A stretch of 64,000 nucleotides of DNA from Eledone cirrhosa (Eukaryota): NCBI GenBank assembly GCA_964016885.1, contig OZ024755.1:18228001-18292000 (forward strand). Direction: 5' to 3'. Positions within the stretch are counted from its first letter, which is position 1; every line of letters starts with the position of its first letter. The notes under the pieces are model-generated. The model searched no databases. It worked only from the letters and a program-made list of their open reading frames with translations, and had not been told where the DNA came from. The position numbers and the translations under genes were made by a program. This document shows, one piece after another, positions 1-14,337 of this stretch.

Positions 1-59
1 ATAAGAACTGTAGAGTTTCAGAAGATCCCGTTAAGGGTGAAAGCAGCGATTCTTTGCTT

Positions 60-845
60 AATGTTATTACTCTGGGGTCTATCCTCATCCGAGTGCTCAA
101 GCTACAGACCGATTATGCATATACGTTAGCTTGGCCGTATTCTAAAGCTTCGTCAATGCTGTACTAAAATTTATATTTACTCCTAGAATTAACGATTAAC
201 TGATTAATTTAATTAGATGATTCTATTGATTGATTAATTGTTTAAGTTTGTTTGATAACTTCTAGTCGAGTGCTTTATTCGGTTTGTCTAAAGGGATTCA
301 TTCCTTTATCTCAAATTAGAATTCACCGCCTAAGCGGGGGTCACCTCCCTTGGAGTAAACCACGTGTCTGTGGCGACATTTAAAGTTACAACATACCCGC
401 TCCGGCTAAGAACGAAAGACTTGCTGAAGAAGTAAACCCTATGTTCTGTCGTCAAAAACCATTATATTGCAGACTCCTGCAATAGGAATTTGTCGGTCTT
501 GGATTTACAGAAACTTAGCGCTGATGTTGGATGTGATATTGTGATCTATATTGTTGATATACGATGTAAGTTATATATTTTACACTCGACCTCACCGCTA
601 TGTCCGGGGCCTCACCGCTATGTCCGGGTCAGTATAAAACCTTTTCCTGTGTCCTGTATTTTCGTTGCTCTAGTAGTGCGGCTGGACTGCCGACCGCTAT
701 ATCTGATTTGCTAAGCTGTCTGAACGTAATGTTATTACTCTGGGGTCTTTCCTCATCCGAGTGCTCAAACTACAGACCGATTATGCATCTACGTTAGCTT
801 GGCCGCCATATTCTAAAGCTTCGTCAATGCTGTACTAAAATTTAT
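60..845. mobile_element. Penelope-like element remnant with ~117-bp direct repeats (60-176 and ~729-845)
   Basis: atgttattactctggggtct…gagtgctcaa…tgtactaaaatttatat occurs at both ends and abuts (TA)n. The ACT…GAGTGCTC motif is shared with the tails of the hammerhead-bearing inserts elsewhere in the window. Confidence 0.5.
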
Positions 846-1159
846 ATATATTATATATATATATATATATATATCGTAGTCCACCTACACCTGGCGTGTT
901 TTTATTGTTTAGACACATATGCATGTATATATGCATGTACATATGCATATATATATATGTGTACAAGATGATATACCCAAGTCACTACAAAGGTTTTCGA
1001 AATGCCAGACTCCTGCGGCATGTATATGGTGGTAGGTGAGTGTGCATGTGTGTGTGTGTGTGTATGAGAGTGTAGTGACCTTATAAGATGTGTGTGTGTG
1101 TTGTTTAAATTGAACGTCATTCTTGGTTGTTTGTCGTAACAATTCAATATGTGTGTGTG

Positions 1160-1209
<50 letters not shown>

Positions 1210-1421
1210 AGTGGAAGCTTAGTAAAATCGAAGCTTTGGCTGTGGCCAAGCAAAGTCGACCTACAATAAGGAATGAGTAGCAAAGCACTCAATAAGGGTA
1301 GGTCCTTAGAGTAATAATATACGTTTAAATAGCTTGACAAATTGAACATTGCGGTAAGCAAAACCCAACCACACAATACCAAAGTAACGAAAGAACTAAC
1401 TATATATATATATATATATAT

Positions 1422-1909
1422 TATAAAATAACAGGAGGCTGGACTGGTGTAATTCCTTAAAAGGTTTATTATACTATGATCATTTCAATGACCGGGTTCA
1501 GTATGAATCCGGTGACATCATCAGGTATTCGAAATATAACAAAGGAATATAATAGACAAAATCCATGGTGCTGATAATCAGAGACATGAGGGCGGCCGAC
1601 CATTTCGCAGCTACCAGCCCGGTCAACCGACCTCAAGTCTATTATATTCCTTTGTTATATTTCGAATACCTGATGATGTCACCGGATTTATACTGAACCC
1701 GGTCATTGAAATGATCATAGTATAATAAACTTTTTAAGGAATTACACCAGTCCAGCCTCCTGTTATTTTATAATAATTAACTCCGTACTAGTACCACCAA
1801 CAACACAAACGAAGACGGATGAGTTGCATTACGTCGACTGCTCTCCATAATATTACATCGAGGTTGACCATACGGAATGACCAGTTCTATCTAGTGGTGA
1901 ACCAACAAA

Positions 1910-1912
<3 letters not shown>
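1422..1912 (+). mobile_element. Penelope-like fold-back insert (136-bp inverted arms 1422-1557 / 1637-1772, plus 3' tail) within (TA)n
   Basis: Near-perfect inverted repeat, hammerhead core in the arm, (TA)n on both sides. Confidence 0.75.
1666..1723 (+). ncRNA. Minimal hammerhead ribozyme
   Basis: atac-CTGATGA-stem II (accgg…ccggt)-GAAA-T-GATC-A-TA-gtat. Palindromic loop 3 as in Penelope hammerheads. Mirror copy on the minus strand at ~1471-1528. Confidence 0.65.
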
Positions 1913-1957
<45 letters not shown>

Positions 1958-1962
<5 letters not shown>

Positions 1963-2283
1963 GAGTTAAACAAGATTCAATGAGTACGTCAAAGAATGAG
2001 TTTTACAGTAGATTGGAAGCACTCTACAGTAATAATTTTCCAGAGTTATTAATATTAAAATACAAATATTAATAAAATAGATGTTCTTTTGATCAATTAA
2101 ATTTTATTATACATATTTCGGAGGTACAACAGTACGTCCTCATCAGACAAAATATAATGATACATGACATACCCTGAGATGTTAAATGGTTAAGATTTAA
2201 TCAAAGTAGTACCTCCGAAATATGTATAATAAAATTTAATTGATCAAAAGAACATCTATTTTATTAATATTTGTATTTTAATA
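1958..2283 (-). mobile_element. Penelope-like fold-back insert with hammerhead (minus 2101-2153)
   Basis: Minus strand reads attttgt-CTGATGA-ggacgtac…gtacctcc-GAAA-tatgta-ta-ataaaat. A partial inverted copy lies at ~2209-2283. Same family as 17999-18400 and 42985-43130. Confidence 0.7.
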
Positions 2284-2594
2284 TATATATATATACACAC
2301 ATATATATATTTATATACATACACACATATCTATACATAGACACACACACAATAAAGTTGACCGACTTACCAGCTGTACACTGTAATCTACAACCTGCCT
2401 GCTCTTAACACTAACAACAATAACACTAACAACAACAACAGCACCAAACAGCAGCGGTAATATTAAATATATCAATGTACTATTAAGATAGTATACAACG
2501 ATCAAACTGTACAAACAACACGAACACGTTGGTTTATGCATACTTTAACTCTGTCTCTGTGTGTGTGTGTGTGTGTGTGTGCGTGCGTGTGCGT

Positions 2595-2626
<32 letters not shown>

Positions 2627-2739
2627 AACATTCGGGACCTCGACGGCTGAGCACCGGCCGTTTCAACAGCTAGGTCCGAAGTGATCGGATCTAGTTCCGG
2701 AGCTCAGCCGTCGGTGGTGGCGGCAGCCGGAGAAGGGGT

Positions 2740-3575
2740 TGTGGTGGTGGTAGTATTAGTGGTGGTGATGGTGGTGGTAGTATTGGTGGTGGTGGTGGTG
2801 GTGGTGGTGGTGGTGATGGTGGTGATATTATTGGTGGTGATGGTAGTGGTAGTATTGGTGGTGGTGGTGGTGGTGGTAGTATTGGTGGTGGTGGTGATGG
2901 TGGTGATATTATTGGTGGTGATGGTAGTGGTAGTATTGGTGGTGGTGGTGGTGGTAGTATTGGTGGTGGTGGTGGTGATGGTGGTGATATTATTGATGGT
3001 GATGGTAGTGGTAGTATTGGTGGTGGTGGTGGTGGTGGTAGTATTGGTGGTGGTGGTGATGGTGGTGATATTATTGGTGGTGATGGTAGTGGTAGTATTG
3101 GTGGTGGTGGTGGTGGTGGTAGTATTGGTGGTGGTGGGGGTGATGGTGGTGGTAGTGTTGGTGGTGGTGGTGATGGTGGTGGTAGTATTGGTGGTGGTGG
3201 TGGTGGTGGTCGTATTGGTGGTGGTGGTGGTGGTGGTCGTATTGGTGGTGTGGGTTATATTGGTGGTGGTGGTGATATTGGTGATGGTAGTATTGGTGGT
3301 GGTGATATTATTGGTGGTGGTGGTGGTGGGGTGGTGGTGGTGGTGAAATTATTGGTGGTGTGGGTGATATTGGTAGTGGTAGTGGTGGTGGGGTGGTGGT
3401 GGAAGTGGTGGTGGTGGGTGATATTGGTGGTGGTAGTGGTATTGGTGGTGATGGTGGTAGTGGTGGTAGTAGTGGTGGTGGGTGGTGTTGGTGGTGGTAG
3501 TGGTATTGGTGGTGATAGTGGTGGTAGTAGTGGTGGTGGGTGGTGTTGGTGGTGGTGGTGATAGTGGTGGTAGAG
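2740..3575. repeat. Degenerate (GGT)n trinucleotide tract with a ~57-60 bp higher-order period
   Basis: Runs of ggt interrupted periodically by agtatt, gatatt and gat. Confidence 0.95.
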
Positions 3576-4142
3576 GGTGACAAGACATGTACGTCAGTAT
3601 ATTATGTCTACATATCTGAGACATACTGACACACACACATGCTGTCACATACATACATGTCTTCACACACACACACACATGCTGTCACATACACACGTGT
3701 GCACAGCACACACATATGCATATGTACACGCACACATTCAATCATTCACACGTATACAGATAAAGACACATGTACACAGACAACAGAAAGACATAGATAC
3801 ACCATCACATACACATCGTATCACCCCACCCGCCCTAGTGAGAATTGCAAAACATTACATGGAAACTGAATTATTATATGTCATACAAGCTATCAACTAC
3901 TCTGACATTTTAAATTGAATATCAACCGCATTGACCTGCAAGCTAAACATTAACTCCACCAATTTGACATCATCAGTGTGACATGAACTAAAATAACCCT
4001 AGTTACTGCCTTGTTCTCGCTGGATTAACCCTTTAGCATTTAAACCAGCTATATCTAGCCAGAATATCTCACCTCTTTCTGTTCAAACCAGCTGTAACCG
4101 GTTGCTCATACTGATGTTAAGGTATTGTTCTCAAAATAAATA

Positions 4143-4312
4143 ATTGTTTCTACTTTTGGCAAAAGGCCAGCAATTACCCAGTGCATTACTGGTACTTTAT
4201 TTTATCGACCCCCGTAAGGATGAAAGGCAAAGTCAACCTCGGCGGGATTTGAACTCAGATCGTTAAGGGACGTAACTATGCTGGAAAGCATGGCGCCCGA
4301 CCCCCTACCGAT
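4143..4312 (-). mobile_element. tRNA-derived SINE, family A (octopod-type)
   Basis: Reverse complement has B-box gagttcaaatccc, body ggggtcgataaaataaagtaccag and 3' end gtgccaaaagtagaaacaatta. Many other copies in the window. Confidence 0.85.
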
Positions 4313-4734
4313 ATCAAAATCTCATAGATTCGATGTTATGTGAGATAATTATGTGGGGCTGTTTCCTTACTAGTGTTGTGGAAACCGCAAGCTCTCCTAT
4401 CCCGATGTCATCTCCAGAGATTCTGGTATTGAAATCCAGGATTTGGCGGCGGCAATGAACGACAGACCCACGTCGAGATCAATTGTTGAGTCGATTTCAG
4501 TTGAGGTCGCCGGTTGATGATGATGTGAAATAAAACCTTTACCATGAAAATATAATAGTATATATAGAGTAATGTAAATGTTAAAGGGTTAAGCCTGGTT
4601 AGGGTGTTGGCCACATGTAGATGAGGACATGGGTTTGATTCACGGAATAACTAATGCTAAATGTTTGACATGGAATAAAAGGACTACTCCATCCTCCCTC
4701 TCCAGTTCCGCCCACTGCGTCGATGACACAACAG

Positions 4735-4982
4735 TCCACACTGTAAGGTGGCCGTGTAGGAGACACGGCGAAAGGGCTCCCAGTCCACACTGTAAATGTG
4801 GTTGGTGTTAGGAAGGGCATCCAGCTGTAAAAAAAAAAAACCTGCGAGAGACGCTTCCGTGAAAGCGAGACATGGTCTCCCGACCATTCCCACATCAAAT
4901 GGAACAAAACCGTCTAACCCATGCTAGCGTGGAAGATGGAGGTTAAACGATGATGATGATGATGATGATGATGATAATGATA
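4735..4982 (+). mobile_element. 3' part of SINE family B with (GAT)n tail
   Basis: ggttggtgttaggaagggcatccagctgta…(gat)n matches the 3' end of the element at 12580-12915. Confidence 0.7.
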
Positions 4983-5019
4983 GTTACTGCCTTTTCTCGT
5001 TGGATTAAGCCTGGTTAGT

Positions 5020-5360
5020 TTTTTGTTGGTCAAGTCTTGGAGCTCGTTGTTACTACGTGCTATGAGGTCAATGTCGTCTGCAAAACCTAGCTTACAGACG
5101 GGTCTACCACCGACAGATTGAGTTATCATGGTCGTCGAGGATTTCTTGCAAGATTCCTTCTAAAAACAGGTTGAACAACGTGTGTGAGTACGCACCCCCG
5201 TCTCAAGACAACAGTTGTTTGAAAGAAGTTTCCCACCTATTTTTTCCCAAAAGAGCTGACCTGGTTGCATCCTTATAAAGGGTCTGGCTGACTTAGATAA
5301 TCCCATTTTCTACATTGAATTCCCCGAGGATATACCAAAGACCGTCATGCCATAAACGAT
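5020..5360 (-). pseudogene. RTE-clade LINE reverse transcriptase fragment
   Basis: Minus translation gives RRGCVLTHTLFNLF (cf. GVRQGCVLSPTLFN) and LGFADDIDLIARSNNELQDLTNK (FADD motif). Confidence 0.85.
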
Positions 5361-6699
5361 AGGGTGTTGGATAAATTATTTATTTCAATACTATGACAGT
5401 GTTTGTTAATACACCACCACACTATCACCACTACAACTAACACACCACTACCACCACTGCTACCACTACATTGGTGTTGCCTCTATTTTTATCTTTATTT
5501 ACAAATACAATTTCAATTCAGCACGTCTAGGCCATTCTTTATTCCACCCAGTAAAAAATATCATGCATACACACATGCATATATATGCACATGTACGCAC
5601 ACACGTATAAAAACCGGCCTCCCCAATAAATGGTATCACATGAACAAACACACACACGTTCGTGTACTTATGCACACGCACAAAGGCACACATATATACT
5701 CATACACACACACACAAAAGCACATATATACTCATAGACACATGCACATCAGCACATGTACATGTAGATGAAAGCGTCGTTAGTAAAAGTAATTCACCTG
5801 ATTGTAAACCCTTCCCCTCACCCACCCCACGTCTGTAACATGAGGCTTACATGTGAACCGGGCGTGTTGTGTGTGTGTGTTATTTTAACAGTGGCATAGT
5901 AAACACTAGATATAGTCGCCGATATGTTAGTAAACACACACACACAGACACATTCATATACATACATGCATACATACATACATAGCAAGCAGCAGATAAA
6001 CTAAGCAAATACATAATCACACAAACACATATATATATAGAGAGACATACACAAATATATGCTCATATTTATAAATATATATATATATAGACACATATAC
6101 ACACACGTGTATATATATATATATATATATATACATACACACATGTGAAGGTCGTCTGCTCTATATAGAGTTTGACGACCACTTCTTGCATTTTATGTCT
6201 GTTCCTTCCTGACATGAGATCTCAAAGGGCTTTTGAGTCCCGAAAGCCTGTGAAAGACCAGTCCACAAATACTACAATGATATCTCATTTCGTTCTTATT
6301 TCCCCCTTTGGCTTTACTTATTGTGTATGTTCAGATGTTGCTTCAGTCCACACTTGGTTTGTAAATATTCTGACAAACATGGCACTGGAACTGAGTCTGT
6401 GCAACGAAGTTTGAATAGTCAATTTGAACTCTTCCATCCTAGCGTTCGAAAGGCACACCCTAAGTTATAAAATAGCTTACAAAATAGAGTGACAGAGAAA
6501 TTCGGAAAAGACATTCGATTCAACATATAGACAAGAAATATTCGTATATATCGTTACTTTGGACACACAATCAACACAAACAAGTGAATTCCTAGAGCTC
6601 GAAGCCATTGAACTGCCCAAGGGGGGGGGGGTTAACTTTGTAGGTTAATGTATTGTCAAGGGTTGTTCCCTTCCAAACCCTTTTGGGGGTCTCGGGATA

Positions 6700-6790
6700 C
6701 GCAATCTTGGGCATGTGGTTATAGAATGTCCCAGGAAAGAATAGAATCGCTGGACAGATTTTACAGGCAAAACCAATCGGCAAAAAATTA
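6700..6790 (+). mobile_element. RTE C-terminal fragment, inverted relative to 7050-7440
   Basis: GHVV..RMSQERI / AGQILQAKP. DNA is similar to the reverse complement of ~7222-7260. Confidence 0.55.
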
Positions 6791-7049
6791 CCTATTCTGC
6801 TTATTCCACCTCACCTCCGCTTTTTCAAACCTCATCCCCTATTATTTGGGACCCGAGATTATTTGCCACCTCAGCATAGAATCAGGCTTATATGGGAGTG
6901 AGAACCAGCGAGTGATGAGCCACAATACCAGTGGTTCTTAACTTGGAGTGCAGAGAAGAAGCAAGAATAGAAATCGCATTAAAGACTAAAATATTTTGAT
7001 TGGATATTTTCTGTTATTTTCAAAAATGTGTATTTATTAATCGTAAGTA

Positions 7050-7440
7050 GTTCTTCTTCGCCCACTTATTCCTGAAAGGGCCGTGAGGGAAGAGTCATGA
7101 AACACTCCTCCTAGCAGGTCCTGTCAGAAGCAGCCGTTTCCAATTGATCCAAATGGATCGCCAGGCCTGACTAGCCAAACCCATGGATGTTATCCAACCA
7201 TCTTCTAACCCTGGGTCTCCTGCTGGTTGATTTTGCCCGTAAAATCTGTTCAGCGATTCTAACTACATGGCCATAGTACCGGAGCTGTGATCTCTCAATT
7301 CAGAGAAGTAGCGGCTCTACCTGGAGTGACTCTGATTTCCGAGCTACTCTCACTATTGAGTAACGTTACTTTAAAGACCCTTCGGAAGAACTTCATTTCG
7401 GCCGCTTGAATTTGCGATCGTATTCTTTCGGTCATTTACT
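7050..7440 (-). pseudogene. RTE-clade LINE 3' end
   Basis: Minus translation with frameshifts: TERIRSQIQAAEMKFFRR…EPLLL-IERSQLRYYGHVV…RRPRVRRWLDNI. Confidence 0.8.
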
Positions 7441-8024
7441 ATCTAAAGGGAAGTAACTGTGATACACCATTAGGTTACAAAATTTAGAATTGTTCGGGTA
7501 AAGTTTAAAAAAAAATATTTAGTGAGTTTGGCAAAAAGGGTCAATGTCCCTTATCTTCTCATATATATATATATAGTCTACTCTGGGATTTATACATAAC
7601 CTTACCTATTGAGTACGCTGAGATGCAACCGGTACTAGCAGGGAAACCTTATATATTACTATAGTTTGTATTTAAAATAGTTTATATGTCCTCAGAAGGT
7701 TAAACACAAACTAACGTAAAGTATAAACACTATTCTTCCTGTTTCTATTATAATAATTCTTTACGATTACTTATTGCCTAGTTTCGTGTTTGAAGAAAAA
7801 CTTTGTGTTGATTTAAGAACTTCTTTCTGTCTTCTTAATTTGTTTTATATACCCTGTTAAAATTCTCACTATATTCCTACCTGTATAAACATATTGAGCT
7901 GAAATTTTCTCAGCCATAATTTTTCTTCAAGTAACTTTTTTTTCTTTACACAATTAATTATATTTTTTCTCACATACAAACACACATATATGCATACATG
8001 CTTATGTAGCACCATGCCTGTATA

Positions 8025-8065
<41 letters not shown>

Positions 8066-9740
8066 GTACAGATACTCCAGATCCCAAATAATAGGCGATG
8101 GAATAAGCGGGGTGTAACAAGATAGTCTAACTGGTATATGTGATTTGCTCAAGAGCTCACTCAATGGGATTGAACCCAGGACCTAATAATTGTTAATCGT
8201 AGGTGATACTGCGTTCACATTTTGCTCTACTAACACATTGAGAAAACTCAAATTTTACATTTCTACTTGAATCGTTTAGGCAATGTGTAAAAATGGTCTT
8301 ACGGTAAACTGTCTTCAATTTGGTTGGCATCGCTTCATTTCGTCTAGAAACAAAAATAGTTCTTATGTTGTAAACAAGTCTTGAATTTTATTACAGAAAA
8401 ATTCACTTCGTTGAAATAAGTATAAATTATTCTTAAAAATGCATAAATAAAATATCTATAATCAAAATATAACTCTTGAATTTATAATTCACAGTTATAT
8501 AAATAACTGTTTCTACTTTTGGCACAAGGCCATCAATTACTGGTACTTTATGTTATATAAATAACATTACAAATTGTTTATAATTTTTACAGAATGAAAA
8601 TATAAACGCAAATAAACAGCAATTAGCATGCGTAATAAAATTATTTGAAAATAGACGATACCCGATTGATCTATATATGCAAATTCTGAATGATCTATTA
8701 GTAAAAGACAAGAAACATGCATTAAAAAAAGGAGGAGATATCGCAGCATGCATTAATTGACATCAAATAATCTCTTTTCCCCGAATCTGCAGGAATTTTG
8801 TATTTATAAATTCAGAATGATTTATTAATAAAAGAAAATGTTTAAAATTCAATTATATTTGATAATGATAAAAGAACGTGTAAAGGAAATTATTAAAATT
8901 GATTTCAATAAAAGTAAAATTAAATCAGTGACTAGAAATTGCCGTTTACTTAAAACGAAAGAACGCGTAATATTTAATGTCAAAACGATGTTTGCGAAAT
9001 AAACAGCTCCGTTGTTTACATATTCTACCGACAGCAACCGTAGTGATTTATATATAAAAATATATGTATGTATAAAATATATATATATATACTTACTATT
9101 GATGTATATGAAGTTTGTAAAAATTCATTTTTTTAATTTCACCATTTACTTGTCGCTATTATTCATAAAAGATAGTCACATCACACATCTTCAGTCGACA
9201 TTGGACGATATACCGTATGTATATATGTATGTATGTTTGTTTGTATATAGATATGCCACAACACCTTTATATCTGGATACTTAAACAATGTAAGAACACT
9301 ACTTTAAATAGAACATGTCACATCGATTCTTAGTAAATAATGTTTAATTTGGCAATCGGTTACATTTTTTGAGACATTAAAGAAATAAATTGTGTTTATG
9401 TACGGCGCAACACAATTTTATTCACACTTGAATAATGAATAAACCATGCAAGATGTTGAATATAATATGTTGATAACATCGATCCTCAGTCATTATTGTC
9501 TCGTTTGGCAATCGGTTCACAGCAATATAGTAACTTTGTTTTTGTTTTTGGAAGTGGAAGAGAGCAAAAGCAGAAGCGATTGATGCGACAAGGTGATATT
9601 GACAAGGGGGGTAATTTTACAGAAAGGGACACAATTCAGGTCGCCAGCTATGGAAGACTATTGAACGGTGATATATATATATAATATATATAATATATAT
9701 ATATATAATATATAATATAAATAATATATAATATATATAT

Positions 9741-9925
9741 AATTGTTTCTACTTTTGGCACAAGGCCAGCAATTACCCCAGTTCTTTACTGGTACTTTAT
9801 TTTATCGACCCCATAAGGATGAGAGACAAAGTAAACCTTAGTGGGATTGAACTCACGATAAAGGGGCGTAACTCTATGCTGCAAAGCATGGTGTCGACCT
9901 TATACCGATACTGCCAATCCCCTGC
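9741..9925 (-). mobile_element. SINE family A
   Basis: Same sequence as 4143-4312. Confidence 0.8.
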
Positions 9926-10134
9926 CCTTGAGCCAACTCCACATATAATATATATATATATATATATATAGTATTAAGGATACTATTTATGGTTATGTAT
10001 ATACTAAAACCTTTGATTCATGTAATTTCTATATAACTGCTCTGTAGAACAACTGATGTTATTACATTGAGCTATTTATCTTACTGGTAATAAGGTAGTA
10101 ATAAATTACTGTCTTTCACTGTTTAGGGTTTAAA

Positions 10135-11002
10135 ATATATATATATATAGATGATATATATATATATATATAGATGATATATATATATATATAGATGATA
10201 TATATATATATATATATATATATAGATGATATATATATATATATAGATGATATATATATATATATATAGATGATATATATATATATATATAGAGATGATA
10301 TATATATATATATATAGATGATATATATATATATATAGATGATATATATATATATATAGATGATATATATATATAGATGATATATATATATATATAGAGA
10401 TGATATATATATATATATATATAGAGATGATATATATATATATATATAGAGATGATATATATATATATATAGAGAGATGATATATATATATATATATAGA
10501 GATGATATATATATATAGATGATATATATATATATGATATATATATATGATATATATATATATATGATATATATATATATATATGATATATATATAGAGA
10601 TGATATATATATAGAGATGACATATATATAGAGATGATATATATATAGAGATGATATATATATATTTGATATATGTATATATATGATATATGTATATATA
10701 TATATATGATATATATATATATGATATATATATATATATGATATATATATATATATGATATATATATATATATATAGGATATATATATGTATAGGATATA
10801 TATATATATATAGGATATATATATATAGGATATATATATATATAGGATATATATATGATATATATATAGGATATATATATATATATGATATATATATATG
10901 ATATATATATTATATGATATATATATGATATATATATATATGATATATATATATATATGATATATATATATATATGATATATATATATATTATATATATA
11001 TA
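10135..11002. repeat. (TA)n microsatellite punctuated by GATGA / GA / GGA
   Basis: Seen directly. Confidence 0.95.
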
Positions 11003-11094
11003 TGAACGATCGACTTTCGTCAAATCGGACCGAGGGAACAATGTTTCCGTTGGTCTTTCCAATTGCTAATACTATCTATCGGTCGCAACTCCAG

Positions 11095-11220
11095 GTAGAA
11101 GGAGCAAGGTGAAATAAAGTGTCTTGATCAAGGACATAACGCATCGCCTGGTCCAGGAATCGAACTCACAACCTTACGATTGCGAATCCAATTCTCTAAC
11201 CACTCAGCCACACGCCTATA
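11095..11220 (-). mobile_element. SINE family B head
   Basis: Minus strand: tggctgagtggttag (A box)…gagttcgattcc (B box)…gtccttgatcaagacacttt. Confidence 0.8.
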
Positions 11221-11298
11221 TATGATATATATATATATATGATATATATATATAAGTATGTACACGTACATACATATATGTATACAGACGTACAGTAG

Positions 11299-11346
<48 letters not shown>

Positions 11347-12579
11347 CATGCACACATATATATATATGTACGTATGGATTCACCGAACATTTATTATAAT
11401 GCTCGGTGTGTTTGTAAACAAACATCCCGTATTAAGCCGTAGTGTCTATCAACCATCGTTGCTCGTTTGTTCAACACTGACAAAGGAACGCTGTACTAGT
11501 TTCAAGCTTATTAGCTATCGTCAGCAACGTATACCTTCCTGCCAGATTGTTGAACGTATACTTATGCATATTAACGGCCGAGTAGCCCAATTTGCATATC
11601 GAGTGGGTTAATCGACCGAGTGCACCGAAAACGATAAACGGAAAAAATGAAACGAAATTTCATTTCCCACTCTTAGTACGCATCACCTTCCTTGTTAGGC
11701 TCACCCTGCTAAATCTTCCCCCAAGCTGGGATAGGTTAGAATAAATTTTAGGGTAATTTATGGACTAGCACCGTACAGTTACCTACCCTAGTGGATTATG
11801 CCCCTTGCATCCACGCCATCATGCTTATATTTTTTCCGCTTATAATGCAGGGAGATGTGAAACTAAGGAATTGATTCTCAACGGTATTCATACTTACCGA
11901 TGACATTATATAATCAATTATTCGCCCGTGTGGGCGAAACATGTGTAAGAGCTATATGAACAACTTGTTTTAACGGCTTGTAACTCCTTCAACTTATTCA
12001 TTTGTTTACTCCCGCTCAGCTTGAACTATACGCTAGATATTAAATGTCTTCTAATATTTAACTCTGCTAACCCAAGCATTGAGTACACCACGCATCGGCT
12101 ATTGGTATTTAGTAATCTCTATGGCACCCCTCCGTACCTCTTTGCTTTCTCCTCTCCTATAATACTTATAACCGATAGGACGGTGAATTGGCAGTAGTCG
12201 GACGCCATGCTTTCCAGCACAGTTACCTCCCTTTACGGTCTGAGTTCAAATCCCGTCGAGGTTAACTTTGTACAGCCGACCATTATAACCGACAGTTATT
12301 CTTCAATCTTTCACTATTATTACTCCATGAATAACCTGCATAGGAATTCTCGCGAACTCGCTACCTAACTATGGAAACCTCTTGTTGAGTCAAGCAATAT
12401 AATGTAATTTTGATTTGATATATTACAAAAAACAATGTTTTCCAATTTTTCATGCATTACATTTCACATTGACTAATATTGAAATGCAAAGTTTTCCCCC
12501 ATAAATTATATCACTGATTTAAAATCAATCATCATTTTCTTGCAAAAAAAAATGTGTGAAACAATATCTATAAACAATA

Positions 12580-12915
12580 TATGGAGGCACATGGCTTAGT
12601 GGTTAGAGCATTGGCCTTGCAATCGAAAGGTTGTGAGTTCAATTCTCAGACCGGGTGATGTGTTGTTTCCTTGAGCAAGGCACTTTATTTCACATTGCTC
12701 CAGCTGTAGAAATGAGATGATAGGGACTGGGGTTCCTATCATTCCACTGCAAAGTGGTCGTGGAGGTGCCACGGCAAAAAAAGCACCCAGCACTCACTGT
12801 AAATGAGGTTGGTGTTAGGAAGGGCATCCAGCTGTAGAAATCAAGCCAGAATCAGTTCCCGTCTCACCCTTGCAAGCAGGGAAAAGTGGACGTAAAATGA
12901 TGATGATGATGATGA
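12580..12915 (+). mobile_element. Near full-length tRNA-derived SINE family B
   Basis: tggcttagtggttag A box, gagttcaattct B box, ccttgagcaaggcacttt body and (gat)n tail. Confidence 0.85.
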
Positions 12916-13478
12916 TATATATATATATATAAGTAAGGATATTTTCGAATATATATATATTATAGAGATATATATATCAGACATTAAAATGAAATATTAC
13001 GGAAAAGACAGACCCTATGTTTATCCCAAGGATTTAGATAGATATCCTACAGCACTATTCGAGGATGATAAAACGTAGTACCAGTGTAGTACTGGGTCGG
13101 TTTTTCTTCTATATCTCTTTCTTAATTCCTTTCTCCTACTCTCCATCCTTCTCTGGTAGATATCTGTGATTAGATCTGGGGTAGAGATGGGATCTGTCAA
13201 CTCTTACAAGATGCCCTAGACACCCCGAATATCAACGTGGGGCCTCTAGGACTCTCTCACAAGTTATGGTACCTTACATACATATATAGCAACATCGGAC
13301 AGATCCCTTATTTAAATCGCTTTTACTCGATGATGAAAGATATGTTTTCAGTGAGTCAGAAAGGAATATTTGCGATATGAAGAGAGAACCTCTTTGAATA
13401 AATATTTGATAGTTCAGATGCTACGTAAAGCAGGCAGTGACAACATTGAACTAGAGATGCCATGTGGAAATAGACATC

Positions 13479-13520
<42 letters not shown>

Positions 13521-13611
13521 TAGGGGGACCTTATAATCATAGATACTTGGATTTATAAACACACACACACACACATTTATATATTCATCTACATACATAT
13601 ACGTACATATA

Positions 13612-13778
13612 TGTGGCTTCTACAGGACTAGAACTGTTTCAGGGCTTTCCTGACGATTTCTTCCGAATGAAACAGTTCTAGTCCTGTAGAAGCCATTTCT
13701 ATATTAAATATTCATAATCTGCTATGTATTGAGTACCATACTTACTGTAGTTACAGCCGATTGAACCCGGGTTAAAAA
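13612..13778 (+). mobile_element. Short Penelope-like fold-back insert, absent from the other array units
   Basis: Inverted repeat ggcttctacaggactagaactgtttc / gaaacagttctagtcctgtagaagcc with CTGACGA…GAAA core. Same family as 17098-17283 in opposite orientation. Confidence 0.65.
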
Positions 13779-13794
13779 TACACATACACACGCC

Positions 13795-13833
<39 letters not shown>

Positions 13834-14337
13834 GGAGGCACAGGTGTACGGGGTCTTCAAGTTACCACTAAGGATTCCGCCCGATGTCCCGTCACACATC
13901 ACCACATCTTCCAGTAAATGTTGATTAGTAAACAAACCGAGTATCTCACATGTAAGAGGGAAAGCCTTAGCAAACGGTGACGATAAGAGACGTGTGTATA
14001 TAGTAATAATAATAGTGTTAAAATTATTAATAGTGGTAGTTGTAATGATAAAGTGAGGTGTACAACATTATTATAAATAGTGATATACACACACGCTTAA
14101 ACAGGTATACATACGTACACGTATCTCGACACGTACGTACATAAACGTTTATAAATAAAAGACGAAGCTGATAAAAAGAACATAGGTTACCATATCGCAT
14201 TTGGAACGATATACATGACGTTGAGTACTTGAACATGGTCCCATCATCGTTTGCTGATACTAATATTGCACACGACACAAGTTTAAAGAGCTACCTGTTT
14301 AGAAACCATCTATTTAGGCCGCCATCTACACACTGAG

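Noticed and set aside
2681-3346. 221-aa poly-Val ORF and neighbouring Gly/His/Thr-rich ORFs
   Set aside because: Translations of the (GGT)n tract, which is open in several frames and on both strands.
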